Below, piece by piece: positions 36,195 to 46,079 of a stretch of 64,000 bases of DNA. The stretch lies in contig OZ001190.1 in assembly GCA_963921355.3 (NCBI GenBank), positions 4,411,145-4,475,144 of the forward strand, given 5' to 3'. Source of the stretch: Thalassobaculaceae bacterium (GTDB taxonomy: Bacteria > Pseudomonadota > Alphaproteobacteria > Thalassobaculales > Thalassobaculaceae). Positions within the stretch are counted from its first letter, which is position 1; each line of letters opens with the position of its first letter. Both the position numbers and the translations under genes were made by a program. Under the pieces are notes generated by a model that had not been told where the DNA came from, did no database searches, and saw only the letters and a list, made by a program, of their open reading frames with translations.

Positions 36195-37106
36195 TCAGGA
36201 GCGTTCGGCGGGATCCAGCGTCTCCGCGGGGGGTGTGGTGACCCGACCCGCCCGTTGCACCCAGATCGCCGCCGCGATGATCAGCAGAGCGCCGACAATG
36301 GTGTGACCTGTCGGGACGTCACCGAACACCAGGAAACCGATCACGGCGGCATAGATCAGCCGGGTGTATTCAATCGGCGACAGGGCGGAGGCCTCGGCGG
36401 CCCTGTGCGCCCGGATGGTGGTCCACTGAACCGCCCCCATCAGGAAACACAGAACGGCAATCCCCAACCATTCCGCGGGGCTCGGCATATGCCACGCGGT
36501 GATGCCCGGTACGGCCACCACCAGCAGAACGATCGCCGATTGCCAGATCATCAGCGTCGACGTTCTGTCGATCGTCGCGAGTCTGCGCAGGACGATGATC
36601 GTGCACGCCGCCAGAAACGCCGCGAGGATCGCCAGCGCCGCCATCGGGTCCACCAGGGTCGTCGCATCCGGGGCCAGCACGACGACCGTACCGCCGAAGC
36701 CGAGCGCCATGGCCCCCCATCGGGCTGACCCAACCTGCTCCTTGAGGACCAGCGCCCCGAGCAGCACCACGAAGAAGACCTTGGTGAAATTCAGGGTCGT
36801 TGATTCCGCCAGCGGAAGATGCACCACGGCCGTGAACCCCGCCAGCATGGCGAAAGCGGAAAGCAGACCGCGAGCAATGTTCAGCCCCGGCGCCTTTGTC
36901 CGAAATACCGTCCCACCCGATGAGACAATCACCGGAATCAGCAGAAGCACCACCCCTGTCTGGCGCAGCAGGATCAGCTGCGTCGTCGGCACGGTCTGAC
37001 CGAGCCACTTGAACAGGGCCAGCATGAGCGCGAACAGGAACGTCGACAGCATGAACCAAACTGCCGGCGAGACGTTCAACCGCCGAGCCTGAGGGGGCGA
37101 CTCCAT
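36195..37106 (-). CDS. DMT-superfamily (EamA-like) transporter
   Basis: Start at MESPPQARRLNVSPAVWFMLSTFLFAL. About 10 hydrophobic helices and duplicated EamA-like halves. Confidence 0.8.
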   Translation of the reverse strand: MESPPQARRLNVSPAVWFMLSTFLFALMLALFKWLGQTVPTTQLILLRQTGVVLLLIPVIVSSGGTVFRTKAPGLNIARGLLSAFAMLAGFTAVVHLPLAESTTLNFTKVFFVVLLGALVLKEQVGSARWGAMALGFGGTVVVLAPDATTLVDPMAALAILAAFLAACTIIVLRRLATIDRTSTLMIWQSAIVLLVVAVPGITAWHMPSPAEWLGIAVLCFLMGAVQWTTIRAHRAAEASALSPIEYTRLIYAAVIGFLVFGDVPTGHTIVGALLIIAAAIWVQRAGRVTTPPAETLDPAERS

Positions 37107-37402
37107 TGGGCTTTCCACCGGCCGCAAAGGCGCCGTTATCGGGCGCCGCGGCGGCTGTGACGAGGTCTCATCCGAGCGTCGCGCTCGCATTCGATCGCAC
37201 TCACCCTGAACCTCGAGGCAACGAGGCTCCGTCTGAAAGGATCACACCCGCACGATCGCCACCGTACGGTATGGGAGGGCGCACAGTGGATCACACCCGA
37301 AGATAAAGCAACGATTGATATCCTCCCCAATTGGTTGTCGCCGTTCACCCCGGCGATCAATCACGTGGCCCGATACAGAGGGCCATCACCTTGTTCCTCT
37401 GG

Positions 37403-39250
37403 CTATGCGGACAAGCTTCTCGGTCCGACATTCTGCCCCAGCACGGCATCGATCTGCTTTCGATCAAGTGTCTCCTGCGCCTCGAGTTGTTCAACCAGCG
37501 CGTCAACACGGACCCGGTGCTCCTCAATCACGCCAACGGCCGTACGCTCGGCCTCGGCAAGCAACTTACCGACTTCGAGATCCACATCATGCGCCGTGCG
37601 ATCGCTGAACTGTCGGGCCTGCGCCATCTCACGGCCGAGAAACGGGTGTTCCTCGCTCTGGCGAAGATCCACCGGCCCGACCGCGTCAGACATGCCCCAC
37701 CGCGCAACCATGGCCCGCGCCAGCTGCGTCGCCTGCCGAATATCGTCATCCGCCCCCGAACTGACATCCCCCAACAAAACCCGCTCCGCCGCCCGGCCAC
37801 CCAGCATAACCGACAATCGATCCATGAGATAAGCGTGCGACAGTGTGTGCCGCTCCTGCTCGGGCAGCATGTGCGTTGCGCCAAGCGAGCGGCCCCGAGG
37901 GATGATCGTCACTTTGTACAGCGGGTCCGCGTTCGGCAGGTAATGGGCGACCGCCGTATGCCCGGATTCATGAACGGCCAGCCGGTGCATTTCCTCTGCC
38001 CGCACCGTCAGATGGCGTTCCATCCCCATCAACACACGGTCGCGCATCTCATCGAAGTGCTGCATCGAAATCCGCTCTTCACCGGACCGAACGCAGGCGA
38101 TGGCAGCTTCATTCACGAGGTTCTTCAGATCCGCTCCGGAGAACCCCGGCGTGCCAGCCGCCAATCGGGCCAGGTCAACATCCTCCGCCAAGGGCTTGCC
38201 CCGGACGTGGACGCCGAGAATCGCCTCCCGCGCCGCCTTGTCCGGCAGATCCAGGGTGACATGGCGATCAAATCGACCAGGGCGCAACAATGCCGGATCC
38301 AGGACATCCGGACGGTTGGTCGCCGCCGACACGATCACCGCCTCGTGCCCTTCGAACCCGTCCATCTCCGACAGGATCTGGTTCAAGGTCTGCTCGCGTT
38401 CGTCGTGGCCTCCACCGAATCCCGCGCCGCGGACCCGGCCGACCGCATCGAGTTCGTCAATGAAGATGATCGAAGGCGCGCGCTTCTTCGCTTCGTCGCA
38501 CATCGAGCGAACCCGACTGGCGCCGACCCCGACGAAGACTTCGATGAACTCCGAGGCCGAGATATTGAAGAACGGAACACCGGCCTCTCCCGCCAGGGCG
38601 CGTGCCAAAAGGGTCTTTCCGGTGCCCGGCGGTCCCATCAGCAGGACACCGCGCGGAGGCTCGGCCCCAAGGTTCAGGAACCGCTTCGGGTCGCGCAGGA
38701 ACTCGACCACTTCCGCGACCTCGCGCTTGGCGTTGTCCTGACCGGCGACATCGTCAAAGGTTACCGACGGCGGGGCCACATTCTCTTTCTTGGCCGGCTG
38801 CTTCAGAAAGTCGCCCACCCCACGACCGCCAAGCCCGCCGGCGACGTTCTGAAACAGCCGTCGCCAGAAGAACAGGTACAGTCCGATGAAGATCAGCCAG
38901 GGCAGCCAGGTCATCCACCAGTTCGGCGGCGGCGGCGGCAGGGCTGAGATCTCGACGTCCTGGGCCTCGAGCAGGCCGATCAGCGCCGGATCGCCGACCG
39001 GCGGAATCCGGATCGTCAGCCGGTCTACCGGAGGCTGGCCGGCGGGCTCGTAGGCGGCATTGAGAACCGCCGTCAGGTCGTTTTCCTGCATGGTGACGGT
39101 CGAGACCTGGCCCTCGGACACCAGCGATTTGAAGGTCGTGTACGAAACCGGGGCTGATGAGGGGGCTGGCGGGGCCAACTGCTGCGACAGCGCCCACATC
39201 AGGACGGCGGTGATCAGCAGCCAGATCAGGATCCACCGACGCTCACCCAT
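37403..39250 (-). CDS. FtsH-like ATP-dependent zinc metalloprotease (AAA+ / M41)
   Basis: 615 aa. Two N-terminal TM helices; Walker A is [13 protein letters not shown]; Walker B is [11 protein letters not shown]; the SRH is present; the zinc motif is [10 protein letters not shown]. Confidence 0.9.
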   Translation of the reverse strand: MGERRWILIWLLITAVLMWALSQQLAPPAPSSAPVSYTTFKSLVSEGQVSTVTMQENDLTAVLNAAYEPAGQPPVDRLTIRIPPVGDPALIGLLEAQDVEISALPPPPPNWWMTWLPWLIFIGLYLFFWRRLFQNVAGGLGGRGVGDFLKQPAKKENVAPPSVTFDDVAGQDNAKREVAEVVEFLRDPKRFLNLGAEPPRGVLLMGPPGTGKTLLARALAGEAGVPFFNISASEFIEVFVGVGASRVRSMCDEAKKRAPSIIFIDELDAVGRVRGAGFGGGHDEREQTLNQILSEMDGFEGHEAVIVSAATNRPDVLDPALLRPGRFDRHVTLDLPDKAAREAILGVHVRGKPLAEDVDLARLAAGTPGFSGADLKNLVNEAAIACVRSGEERISMQHFDEMRDRVLMGMERHLTVRAEEMHRLAVHESGHTAVAHYLPNADPLYKVTIIPRGRSLGATHMLPEQERHTLSHAYLMDRLSVMLGGRAAERVLLGDVSSGADDDIRQATQLARAMVARWGMSDAVGPVDLRQSEEHPFLGREMAQARQFSDRTAHDVDLEVGKLLAEAERTAVGVIEEHRVRVDALVEQLEAQETLDRKQIDAVLGQNVGPRSLSA

Positions 39251-39478
39251 GATTGCCCCGATACTCCCATTGGAGCGGCCCGCAGCCTGTCGCCTGCCGG
39301 GCCTTGCCTGTCAAACCAACACCTAGGTTCGCCGCAACGGCCTTTGTCACCACTATCGGCATTCACCTCGACCGGATGTGATCTTCGTCATCCGAGGTGC
39401 CTTCCACGAAGGCTATAGAAGGTCGTGTGCATCAGCAAAGCCAGCCGGTCTGGCCGCGGCGTTCGCCGGGAGGTGTCA

Positions 39479-39916
39479 ATGGCATCGCAAATGACATGGG
39501 TAGTGATCGCAGACGCCGGTCGATGCCGGATCTTCGAAACCAAGGACCGCGGTCGATCCGTTGCGGCGGTCCTGCAGCACGACCTTGTCGCTGACCACAG
39601 GGCAGCGCGCGATCTCCGTTCCGATCGTCCTGGACGCACGTTTGACAGGTCCGGCGGCGGGCGCCACGCGAAGGAACCCAGAACCGACCCCCATCGCCAT
39701 GTCCAGGCAGAATTCGCTCAGACCGTCTGCAAAGCCCTCAGCGACGAGCGTGGGCGGTTCGGGCAGCTTATGATCGTTGCTCCGCCGTCCTTTCTGGGCG
39801 ACCTGCGCAACAGCCTCTCCGATGACCTGACGGCCATCCTCGTGGCGGAGGTGGACAAGGATCTGACGAAAATCCCGGACAGGGAGATCCCTGGCGTCAT
39901 CACACCGTATCTGTGA
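39479..39916 (+). CDS. host attachment protein family (PF10116-like)
   Basis: ATG at 39479 follows the GGGAGG RBS. MASQMTWVVIADAGRCRIFE...LRSDRPGRTFDRSGGGRHA...MIVAPPSFLGDLR is the typical family layout as I recall it. Confidence 0.7.
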   Translation: MASQMTWVVIADAGRCRIFETKDRGRSVAAVLQHDLVADHRAARDLRSDRPGRTFDRSGGGRHAKEPRTDPHRHVQAEFAQTVCKALSDERGRFGQLMIVAPPSFLGDLRNSLSDDLTAILVAEVDKDLTKIPDREIPGVITPYL

Positions 39917-39953
39917 GGCCCGGCCCGCCCCTACCCCAGCCGAGCCGCTGCGG

Positions 39954-40529
39954 CTAGTCCGGCGCCCGTCCCTTCCCGGGAAAAGGCAGAACCTGGCCGG
40001 ACGATTCATGCGCCTCGTTGTCGTACTGCTCAGGTGGCGTGAGACTGAATCCGATCTCACTCAGGGCGTCTTCCAGATGGGCCGGCAGCGCCAGGCCGGC
40101 GCCGCGCAGGCGGTGGGCCAGCTTCTCGACCCCCTGAACCAGCCCATCATCCAAGGGCATGCCTTCTTCCTTGGCGATGGTCACGAGCTGGGCGATGGTC
40201 TGTACGGTCAACACGAGACGACGGTCGGCGGGGACTTCCACGCCCATCGTGACCCGGCCGGCCTCGGACTCATGTCCATCCTCGCCCTCAAGCCCCTGCG
40301 GACCCGAAGCGGGATTCGTCGGGAAATCAACAACCCGATCGTCGGTCACGTCGCCTCGCCAATCGTCGCCCACCCGTCGCGATCGCGCGCTCGCGAAAGC
40401 ACCCGATTTTAGGGCCCCGCCCGAGCTCTGTCGACCGGGCGCGAAACGGTCCTGGCCGGCACCACACGGATCCGTGATCATCGAGGGGGTAGACAAATCA
40501 TCCCTTGCCGCATCCAAACTGCGCCCCAT
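39954..40529 (-). CDS. hypothetical protein (start uncertain)
   Basis: 191-aa ORF. The C-terminal 100 aa or so have normal helical composition (LVLTVQTIAQLVTIAKEEGMPLDDGLVQGVEKLAHRL). No family recognised. Confidence 0.3.
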   Translation of the reverse strand: MGRSLDAARDDLSTPSMITDPCGAGQDRFAPGRQSSGGALKSGAFASARSRRVGDDWRGDVTDDRVVDFPTNPASGPQGLEGEDGHESEAGRVTMGVEVPADRRLVLTVQTIAQLVTIAKEEGMPLDDGLVQGVEKLAHRLRGAGLALPAHLEDALSEIGFSLTPPEQYDNEAHESSGQVLPFPGKGRAPD

Positions 40530-40577
40530 CGTCTATGAGGCCGGCAAACCGCCCCGGCTCAACCAGGAGGACCTGCA

Positions 40578-41015
40578 GTGCGGACACTGACCCTGTTCAC
40601 AGCAAGCTCGATCATCGCCTTGTCGATGATTGCGGGCACCGTTGCCGCTGACGTCTTGTCGGACCGGAAGGACGGCTTCAAGGCGCATGCGGACAACATC
40701 AAGGCGGTAAAGGCGGCGGTCGAATCCGGTAACGCAGCCGACGCCGTTGCTCCGGCGGAGAAGATGGTGGCCTTTGCCAAGCAGATCGACGGCCTGTTTC
40801 CTGCGGGTTCCGGGTCAGGTGAGACGCGCGCGAAGCCGGAGATCTGGTCGGACTGGGCGAAGTTCCAGGAGGTGTCCGCGGCCCACGTCGCCGAGACCGA
40901 GAAGCTCGTCGCGGTCGCGAAATCGGGCGACGCCTCAGCCCTCGGGGCCCAGTTGAAAGCGACCGGCGCGTCGTGCGGCGCCTGCCACAAGCCGTTCCGA
41001 CTGCCCAAGAAGTAA
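40578..41015 (+). CDS. cytochrome c' (class II c-type cytochrome)
   Basis: GTG start 7 nt after AGGAGG. A signal peptide is present. The four-helix-bundle-length protein has a C-terminal CGACHKPFR heme-binding motif. Confidence 0.85.
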   Translation: MRTLTLFTASSIIALSMIAGTVAADVLSDRKDGFKAHADNIKAVKAAVESGNAADAVAPAEKMVAFAKQIDGLFPAGSGSGETRAKPEIWSDWAKFQEVSAAHVAETEKLVAVAKSGDASALGAQLKATGASCGACHKPFRLPKK

Positions 41016-41039
41016 CGGCGAGGCACGAGCACATCCAAA

Positions 41040-41064
41040 GGCCGGCTCCAGAGCCGGCCTTTTC
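41040..41064. terminator. bidirectional intrinsic terminator between convergent cytochrome genes
   Basis: aaaGGCCGGCTccagAGCCGGCCttttcc. An 8-bp GC stem is flanked by an A-run and a T-run. Confidence 0.75.
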
Positions 41065-41094
41065 CGTTCGGCTGTGCGCTTGCCGACCCTTGCG

Positions 41095-41778
41095 CTAGCT
41101 GACCAGCGTCAGACTGTAGGCAGCCGCTGCGCAGATGACGAAGACTCCGAGTGCAATCCACCAGGCGGTGCGGCGGACAGGTTCCGGCGCGACGGTCGGC
41201 GGCAGGTGCTTCACCCCAGTGATCATCGGGTTGATGAGGTCACTGCCGAGCAGCACCCCATAGGCGATGACCGCGACGATGTGCAGGCCGGCGACCGCCA
41301 GAATCACATTGAACAGGCGGTGGTGCCAGCCGGTCAGCGAAATCGACGTGTCATAGGACACGAGCGAGTACAGCGGGCCTTCGTAGAGAATGTCGTCGGT
41401 CGCAAACAGACCGAAGGTCGCTTGGGTCCCAACCAGAATCAGCAGAGCAAGCACCGCCAGGGCGCCAAGCGGATTGTGCCCGACATGCACCGGATGGCGG
41501 CCAGCGGCGGTCTCGCGAATATAGGCCAGGATGGCGCCGGGGCCCCGCACGAAGCTTGCAAACCGGGCGAACTCGCCGCCGATGAAGCCCCAGATCAGGC
41601 GAAACGCGATCAGGCTCAGCGCCGTCAGCCCGAACCGTTCGTGCCACTCCTGGAGTCCCTGCTCCGCCGTGATCCAGGATCCGGCAAGGCTGGTCACCAG
41701 GCACCAGTGAAACAATCGCGTCGGCCGGTCCCAGACCCGGACCGGCACGACCTGAGGCGCGGAGTCCCGAGCGTCCAT
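41095..41778 (-). CDS. cytochrome b561 / Ni-Fe hydrogenase b-type cytochrome-family protein
   Basis: 227 aa. VRVWDRPTRLFHWCLV...HERFGLTALSLIAFRLIWGF has the family's conserved His ligands. Four TM helices. Confidence 0.85.
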   Translation of the reverse strand: MDARDSAPQVVPVRVWDRPTRLFHWCLVTSLAGSWITAEQGLQEWHERFGLTALSLIAFRLIWGFIGGEFARFASFVRGPGAILAYIRETAAGRHPVHVGHNPLGALAVLALLILVGTQATFGLFATDDILYEGPLYSLVSYDTSISLTGWHHRLFNVILAVAGLHIVAVIAYGVLLGSDLINPMITGVKHLPPTVAPEPVRRTAWWIALGVFVICAAAAYSLTLVS

Positions 41779-41792
41779 GGTGTCTCCCCGTT

Positions 41793-42539
41793 TCAGACTT
41801 CCGCCATGAAGTCCCGATAGTCGTCGACAACCGCAGCCGCTGCCGTTTCCACCAACCGGGCGCCGTGTTCCGGTGTCGCCAGGAAACTGTCGGCGGCGAT
41901 CCGCCCATCGGGATGGATCGTGCGGTAGTCGTCGGCGTCGTAGAACGGCCGGGGCCGGGGTGGTGCCGGCGCCATTTCAGCCCGCTTGATGTGCTCACGA
42001 TAGGCGAACTGCGTGACTGCGATCTCCGACGGCGTGGCGTGGCTGCCTTCGCGGTCGCCGTACAACTCGGCGCTGACGGCCCGCACCGTGTCGAACCCGA
42101 ACCAGTTGGCCAGTTTGCACCGCACATGCGGCTGATGGGTCCCGACGGTCAGGCTCTTGGCGGCGTAGATCTCGCTGAAGGCGGCGGACGCGGTGGCCAT
42201 GTTGCCGCCATGACCGTTCAGAAAATAGAACCGTTCGAACCCATTACGGGCGAGCGACAGAACGACATCCTGGATCACCGCGATCAACGTTGTCGGCCGC
42301 AGCGCCACCGAGCCCGGGAAGGCCAGATGGTGTTGAGCCATGCCGATCGAGAGGGTTGGCCCGACCAGGCAGCCGAGGGTCTCGGCCGCCCGATCGGCGA
42401 TCACCTCCGGACAGATCGCATCGGTCCCGATCAGTCCGATAGGCCCGTGCTGCTCCGTCGACCCGATCGGTAGGATGATGCCGCGATGCTCGTTGAGATA
42501 GGCCTCAACCTCCATCCAGGTCATCAACTGAAGCCGCAT
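41793..42539 (-). CDS. creatininase-family amidohydrolase (copy 2)
   Basis: MRLQLMTWMEVEAYL...LPIGSTEQHGPIG...FLNGHGGNMA is collinear with copy 1 at 26355. Confidence 0.85.
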   Translation of the reverse strand: MRLQLMTWMEVEAYLNEHRGIILPIGSTEQHGPIGLIGTDAICPEVIADRAAETLGCLVGPTLSIGMAQHHLAFPGSVALRPTTLIAVIQDVVLSLARNGFERFYFLNGHGGNMATASAAFSEIYAAKSLTVGTHQPHVRCKLANWFGFDTVRAVSAELYGDREGSHATPSEIAVTQFAYREHIKRAEMAPAPPRPRPFYDADDYRTIHPDGRIAADSFLATPEHGARLVETAAAAVVDDYRDFMAEV

Positions 42540-42607
42540 GCTCTTCCTCCAGATCATTCATGGATGCCAGGCAGCCGACCGTCGGAGCGCCGCCCGAACG
42601 TCGAAGC

Positions 42608-43885
42608 TCAATCCAATCTGGCCAGAGCCTGTTCGAGCCAGGCAGAAACCGCCAGCGCTTTCGCATCCTCACCGTAGCCGGTGACGATCTGGACGCCCAG
42701 GGGCAGGCCTTGATCCCCTGTGCATACGGGAATCGTCGCGCACGGCCAGCGCAGCAGCGTCCAGATCTTGTTGAACAGGGGATCGCCTGTGCTCTCCAGT
42801 CCGCTGGGCGCTTCGCCCGCCGCCGGGACCGTGATGATCGCATCGAACCCGTCGAGACGGGCGGCGGCATCATTGCGAAAACTGTCGGCCTCCGCCTGGG
42901 CCAGCAGCAGCGCGTGGTCGTCGATCTCGCGCCCCTCGGCAATGGCGCCACGGTAGAACTCGGTCAGCTTGTCGGCGTGGTTGTCGTATTCCCAGGCCAG
43001 GGCGCGCGCCGCCTCGGCGGTCATGATGCGCCTGTGCACCGGGTCCATGGCCTCGAACGCCGTCCAATCGACCAGCCCGGCAACCGAAGCCCCCGCCGTC
43101 TGAGCTGCGATCCGCACTCTCTCGAGGGCTTCGGCGGCATCCTCCTCGATCTGGTCGGCGAACGGAACGTGGATCGCGAGCCGTGGCGCCGCCCCCTCGT
43201 AGGCGTCCAAAGCCGGGGCCCGGGTGCCGCGCAGGGCGTAGTCGAAATGCGCGACATCCGCCACCGTCCGCGCGAAACAGCCAACCGTGTCCAGATAGCG
43301 CGACAACTCCTTGACCCCGCCGCGGGGGTGCGTCCCGAAGGTCGGCTTCAACCCGACGACGCCGCAATAGGCGGCCGGTCGGATGACAGAGCCCGCGGTC
43401 TGGGTTCCCAGGCCAAGGGGCATCATGAAATCCGCGACCGCGGCGGCCGAACCGCTCGACGATCCACCGGGCGTGTGGTCAAGCCCCTTCGGGTTCCGGG
43501 TCTTGCCGGGGTTCCGCCAGGCGAACTGCGTCGTCACGGATTTGGCGAATACCAGACCGCCCGCCGCACGGGTCCGGGCAACGATATCGGCATCCGCCTG
43601 CGGACGATGCCCCGCATAGATCGACGACCCGTAGCCGGTCGGCATGTCGGCGGTGTCGAACAGGTCCTTCACAGCCACCGGCAAGCCGGACAGCGCTCCG
43701 GGCGAAGACGGTGCGCGCGCCGCGGCACGCGCGGCATCCGGGTCCAGGTGGATGAACGCGCCAACGGCTTCCTCGCGCTCGGCGATGCGCTCGAGGCAGG
43801 CGTCCACAAGGGCCTCGACGCTGAGGGTTCCGTCTTCGATTGCCCGCAGCGCGTCCAGAGCGCTCAGCCGATTGGCGCCATCCAT
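42608..43885 (-). CDS. amidase (amidase-signature family)
   Basis: 425 aa. GGSSSGSAAAVA signature within TPGGSSSGSAAAVADFM, and a KD...T context. Confidence 0.9.
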   Translation of the reverse strand: MDGANRLSALDALRAIEDGTLSVEALVDACLERIAEREEAVGAFIHLDPDAARAAARAPSSPGALSGLPVAVKDLFDTADMPTGYGSSIYAGHRPQADADIVARTRAAGGLVFAKSVTTQFAWRNPGKTRNPKGLDHTPGGSSSGSAAAVADFMMPLGLGTQTAGSVIRPAAYCGVVGLKPTFGTHPRGGVKELSRYLDTVGCFARTVADVAHFDYALRGTRAPALDAYEGAAPRLAIHVPFADQIEEDAAEALERVRIAAQTAGASVAGLVDWTAFEAMDPVHRRIMTAEAARALAWEYDNHADKLTEFYRGAIAEGREIDDHALLLAQAEADSFRNDAAARLDGFDAIITVPAAGEAPSGLESTGDPLFNKIWTLLRWPCATIPVCTGDQGLPLGVQIVTGYGEDAKALAVSAWLEQALARLD

Positions 43886-43888
43886 CGA

Positions 43889-44335
43889 TCAGCCTCCGAG
43901 CAGTTGGAGAACCACGCGTCGCCGCTGCGGGCGGGCGCGATGCTCGAACACGTAGATGCCCTGCCAGGTTCCCAGCAGCGCCCGCCCGCCGGCGACCAGG
44001 ATCGAGAGACTGGTCTGGGTCAGGGCAGCGCGTATGTGGCCGGGCATGTCGTCGGGGCCCTCGGCACTGTGCTGGTACAGCGTCCCGTCCCATGGGGCGA
44101 GACGCGCGAAGAACCGATTGAGATCCGCCTGTACGTCCGGATCGGCATTCTCCTGAATCAGCAGCGACGCAGAGGTGTGCCGGATGAATACCGTGAGCAG
44201 CCCCGAGACCACCCCGGACTCCGAGATGAACCGGCGCACCACATCGGTGATCTCGAGCAATCCCGGCCCGGCTGTACTGACCTCGATCTCCTTCAGGGAC
44301 GGCTGGCCGGCCTCGGTCGCATCACTGTCTTTCAT
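43889..44335 (-). CDS. YjbQ/UPF0047-family protein (secondary thiamine-phosphate synthase-like)
   Basis: 148 aa. LLTVFIRHTSASLLIQENADPDVQADL...PGHIRAALTQTSLSILV. Confidence 0.8.
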   Translation of the reverse strand: MKDSDATEAGQPSLKEIEVSTAGPGLLEITDVVRRFISESGVVSGLLTVFIRHTSASLLIQENADPDVQADLNRFFARLAPWDGTLYQHSAEGPDDMPGHIRAALTQTSLSILVAGGRALLGTWQGIYVFEHRARPQRRRVVLQLLGG

Positions 44336-44447
44336 TCATGCTTCCTTCCCCGCGACGGGGCGTCGTCATCCAGGTGTTCGTCGGGAACCGCCCTGTATCT
44401 CAGGAGCGGATCCAGGGTAGCGTCGCGGTATTCTGGAGAGAGAAGCC

Positions 44448-45290
44448 ATGCCGCGCCACCTTGTCTGTCTTTCCTATGACTTCGATGCCCTGTCGCTGCC
44501 CTTGGCCCGAGGAACAACGACACCGACACCGCTGTCCCGGGGTGAGTTCGGACTGGTCGGGGTGGAGAGAATCCGGCGCCTGCTGAAAGCCCACGGCATC
44601 CGGGCGACCTTCTTCGTTCCCGGGCATACGATTGAGAGCTTTCCCGACAGCGTCGCCGCCCTCGTCGCGGATGGGCACGAGATCGGCCACCACGGCTGGA
44701 CTCATCGGCGCCCGGCGGACCTGGATCGAGACGAGGAAACCTGGGAGATCGAGCGCGCCAACGCGGCGATCGAACGGATCAGCGGTCAGAAGGCGCGCGG
44801 CTACCGGTCGCCGTCCTGGGATCTGTCGCCCCACACCCTGGACCTGCTGCTACAGAACGGCTTCGCCTATGACTCGAGCCTGATGGGACACGATACCCAG
44901 CCCTATCGGCCGCGGGCTGGCGACGACACGCCTCTGTTGGAGCCGGCGCGCCTCGGCCGCCCCGTCGACCTGATCGAGCTGCCGGTCAGCTGGAGCCTCG
45001 ATGACTATCCGCATTTCGAGTGGAGCGTGACTTCCGCAGGCGCACTGAACCAGGGGCTGATGCCGTGGCACGGCGTGCTTGGAAACTGGACCGCCGACTT
45101 CGACTACATGACCGAGACGGAGGATTGGGGGGTCATCACCTACACCTTCCATCCGTTTGTGTCGGGCCGCGGCCACCGAATGAAAGCGATGGAAGGGCTG
45201 ATCCGTAACGTCGAGACTGGCGGGGCGGTCTTCGCGACCATGGAGAAAGCCGCACGAGAAGCGGCGGCGCGCCTGGGGCCGGTTGCCTGA
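44448..45290 (+). CDS. polysaccharide deacetylase-family hydrolase (copy 2)
   Basis: LSYDFDALS...ATFFVPGHT...GHEIGHHGWTH is collinear with 19096..19986. Confidence 0.85.
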   Translation: MPRHLVCLSYDFDALSLPLARGTTTPTPLSRGEFGLVGVERIRRLLKAHGIRATFFVPGHTIESFPDSVAALVADGHEIGHHGWTHRRPADLDRDEETWEIERANAAIERISGQKARGYRSPSWDLSPHTLDLLLQNGFAYDSSLMGHDTQPYRPRAGDDTPLLEPARLGRPVDLIELPVSWSLDDYPHFEWSVTSAGALNQGLMPWHGVLGNWTADFDYMTETEDWGVITYTFHPFVSGRGHRMKAMEGLIRNVETGGAVFATMEKAAREAAARLGPVA

Positions 45291-45964
45291 TGGCGGCGAA
45301 CGAACCCTCCGGCGAGCCGGCGGCGACCCGGCAAGCGCTCCTGGAGAATGCCCTGGCGCATCTCGCCGAGCGACACCCCGAGATCCGCCAAACCCTGGAA
45401 GAAATCGGCCCGCCCGAGCCGCGCGTCCTGGAACCGGGTTTCGGTGCCCTGATCCGGATCATCATCGGCCAGCAGGTGTCGACCGCTTCGGCGGCCGCCA
45501 TCCTCAAGCGCCTGAGGGCGGCGGGCGGCGATGACCCTCAGCGGTTCGCGGCCATGGGCGACGACGATCTGGCGGCGATCGGGCTGTCGCGCGCCAAGAT
45601 GCGTTATGGACGGGCATTGGCGGAACGGGTTCTGGACGGCCGCCTCGATCTCTCGGCGCTGTCGGCCGCCGAGCCGGAGCTGGCCCACGAAGCGCTGATA
45701 CAGGTTCCGGGCATCGGGCGCTGGACGGCCGAGATCTATCGGATGTTCGCGCTCGGCGACCCGAATGTCTTCCCGTCCGGCGACCTGGCCCTGCGTGAGG
45801 GCCTCAGATGGCTGATGGATCTGGCGGACCGGCCGACCGTCGAGCAGACGGATCAGAGGGCCGTCGAATGGGCGCCCCATCGCAGCAGTGTCGCCCTCCT
45901 GGTCTGGCGCCTATACCGCAACCGCCGGGGCATCGCGGTCCTGGGTGCGGATGCCAAGGGCTGA
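45290..45964 (+). CDS. alkA: DNA-3-methyladenine glycosylase II-family (HhH-GPD) protein
   Basis: The HhH-GPD segment is VPGIGRWTAEIYRMFALGDPNVFPSGDLALREG. Its ATG overlaps the upstream stop. Confidence 0.75.
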   Translation: MAANEPSGEPAATRQALLENALAHLAERHPEIRQTLEEIGPPEPRVLEPGFGALIRIIIGQQVSTASAAAILKRLRAAGGDDPQRFAAMGDDDLAAIGLSRAKMRYGRALAERVLDGRLDLSALSAAEPELAHEALIQVPGIGRWTAEIYRMFALGDPNVFPSGDLALREGLRWLMDLADRPTVEQTDQRAVEWAPHRSSVALLVWRLYRNRRGIAVLGADAKG

Positions 45965-46079
45965 CAGGGGCCGCGCTGGCGGATATTGACACCGTCTGAT
46001 AACCTTGAGTTTCGCAGAAACACTGTTTGAATTGACAGGAATACGGGGACGCGCGCGGAGAATCCGGCGAAGGAGTCCG

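Noticed and set aside
37331-44479. Long antisense ORFs opposite ftsH-like (37331..38947 +) and amidase/yjbQ (42560..44479 +)
   Set aside because: Same high-GC shadow-ORF composition. The opposite-strand genes carry clear Walker/HEXXH and amidase-signature motifs.
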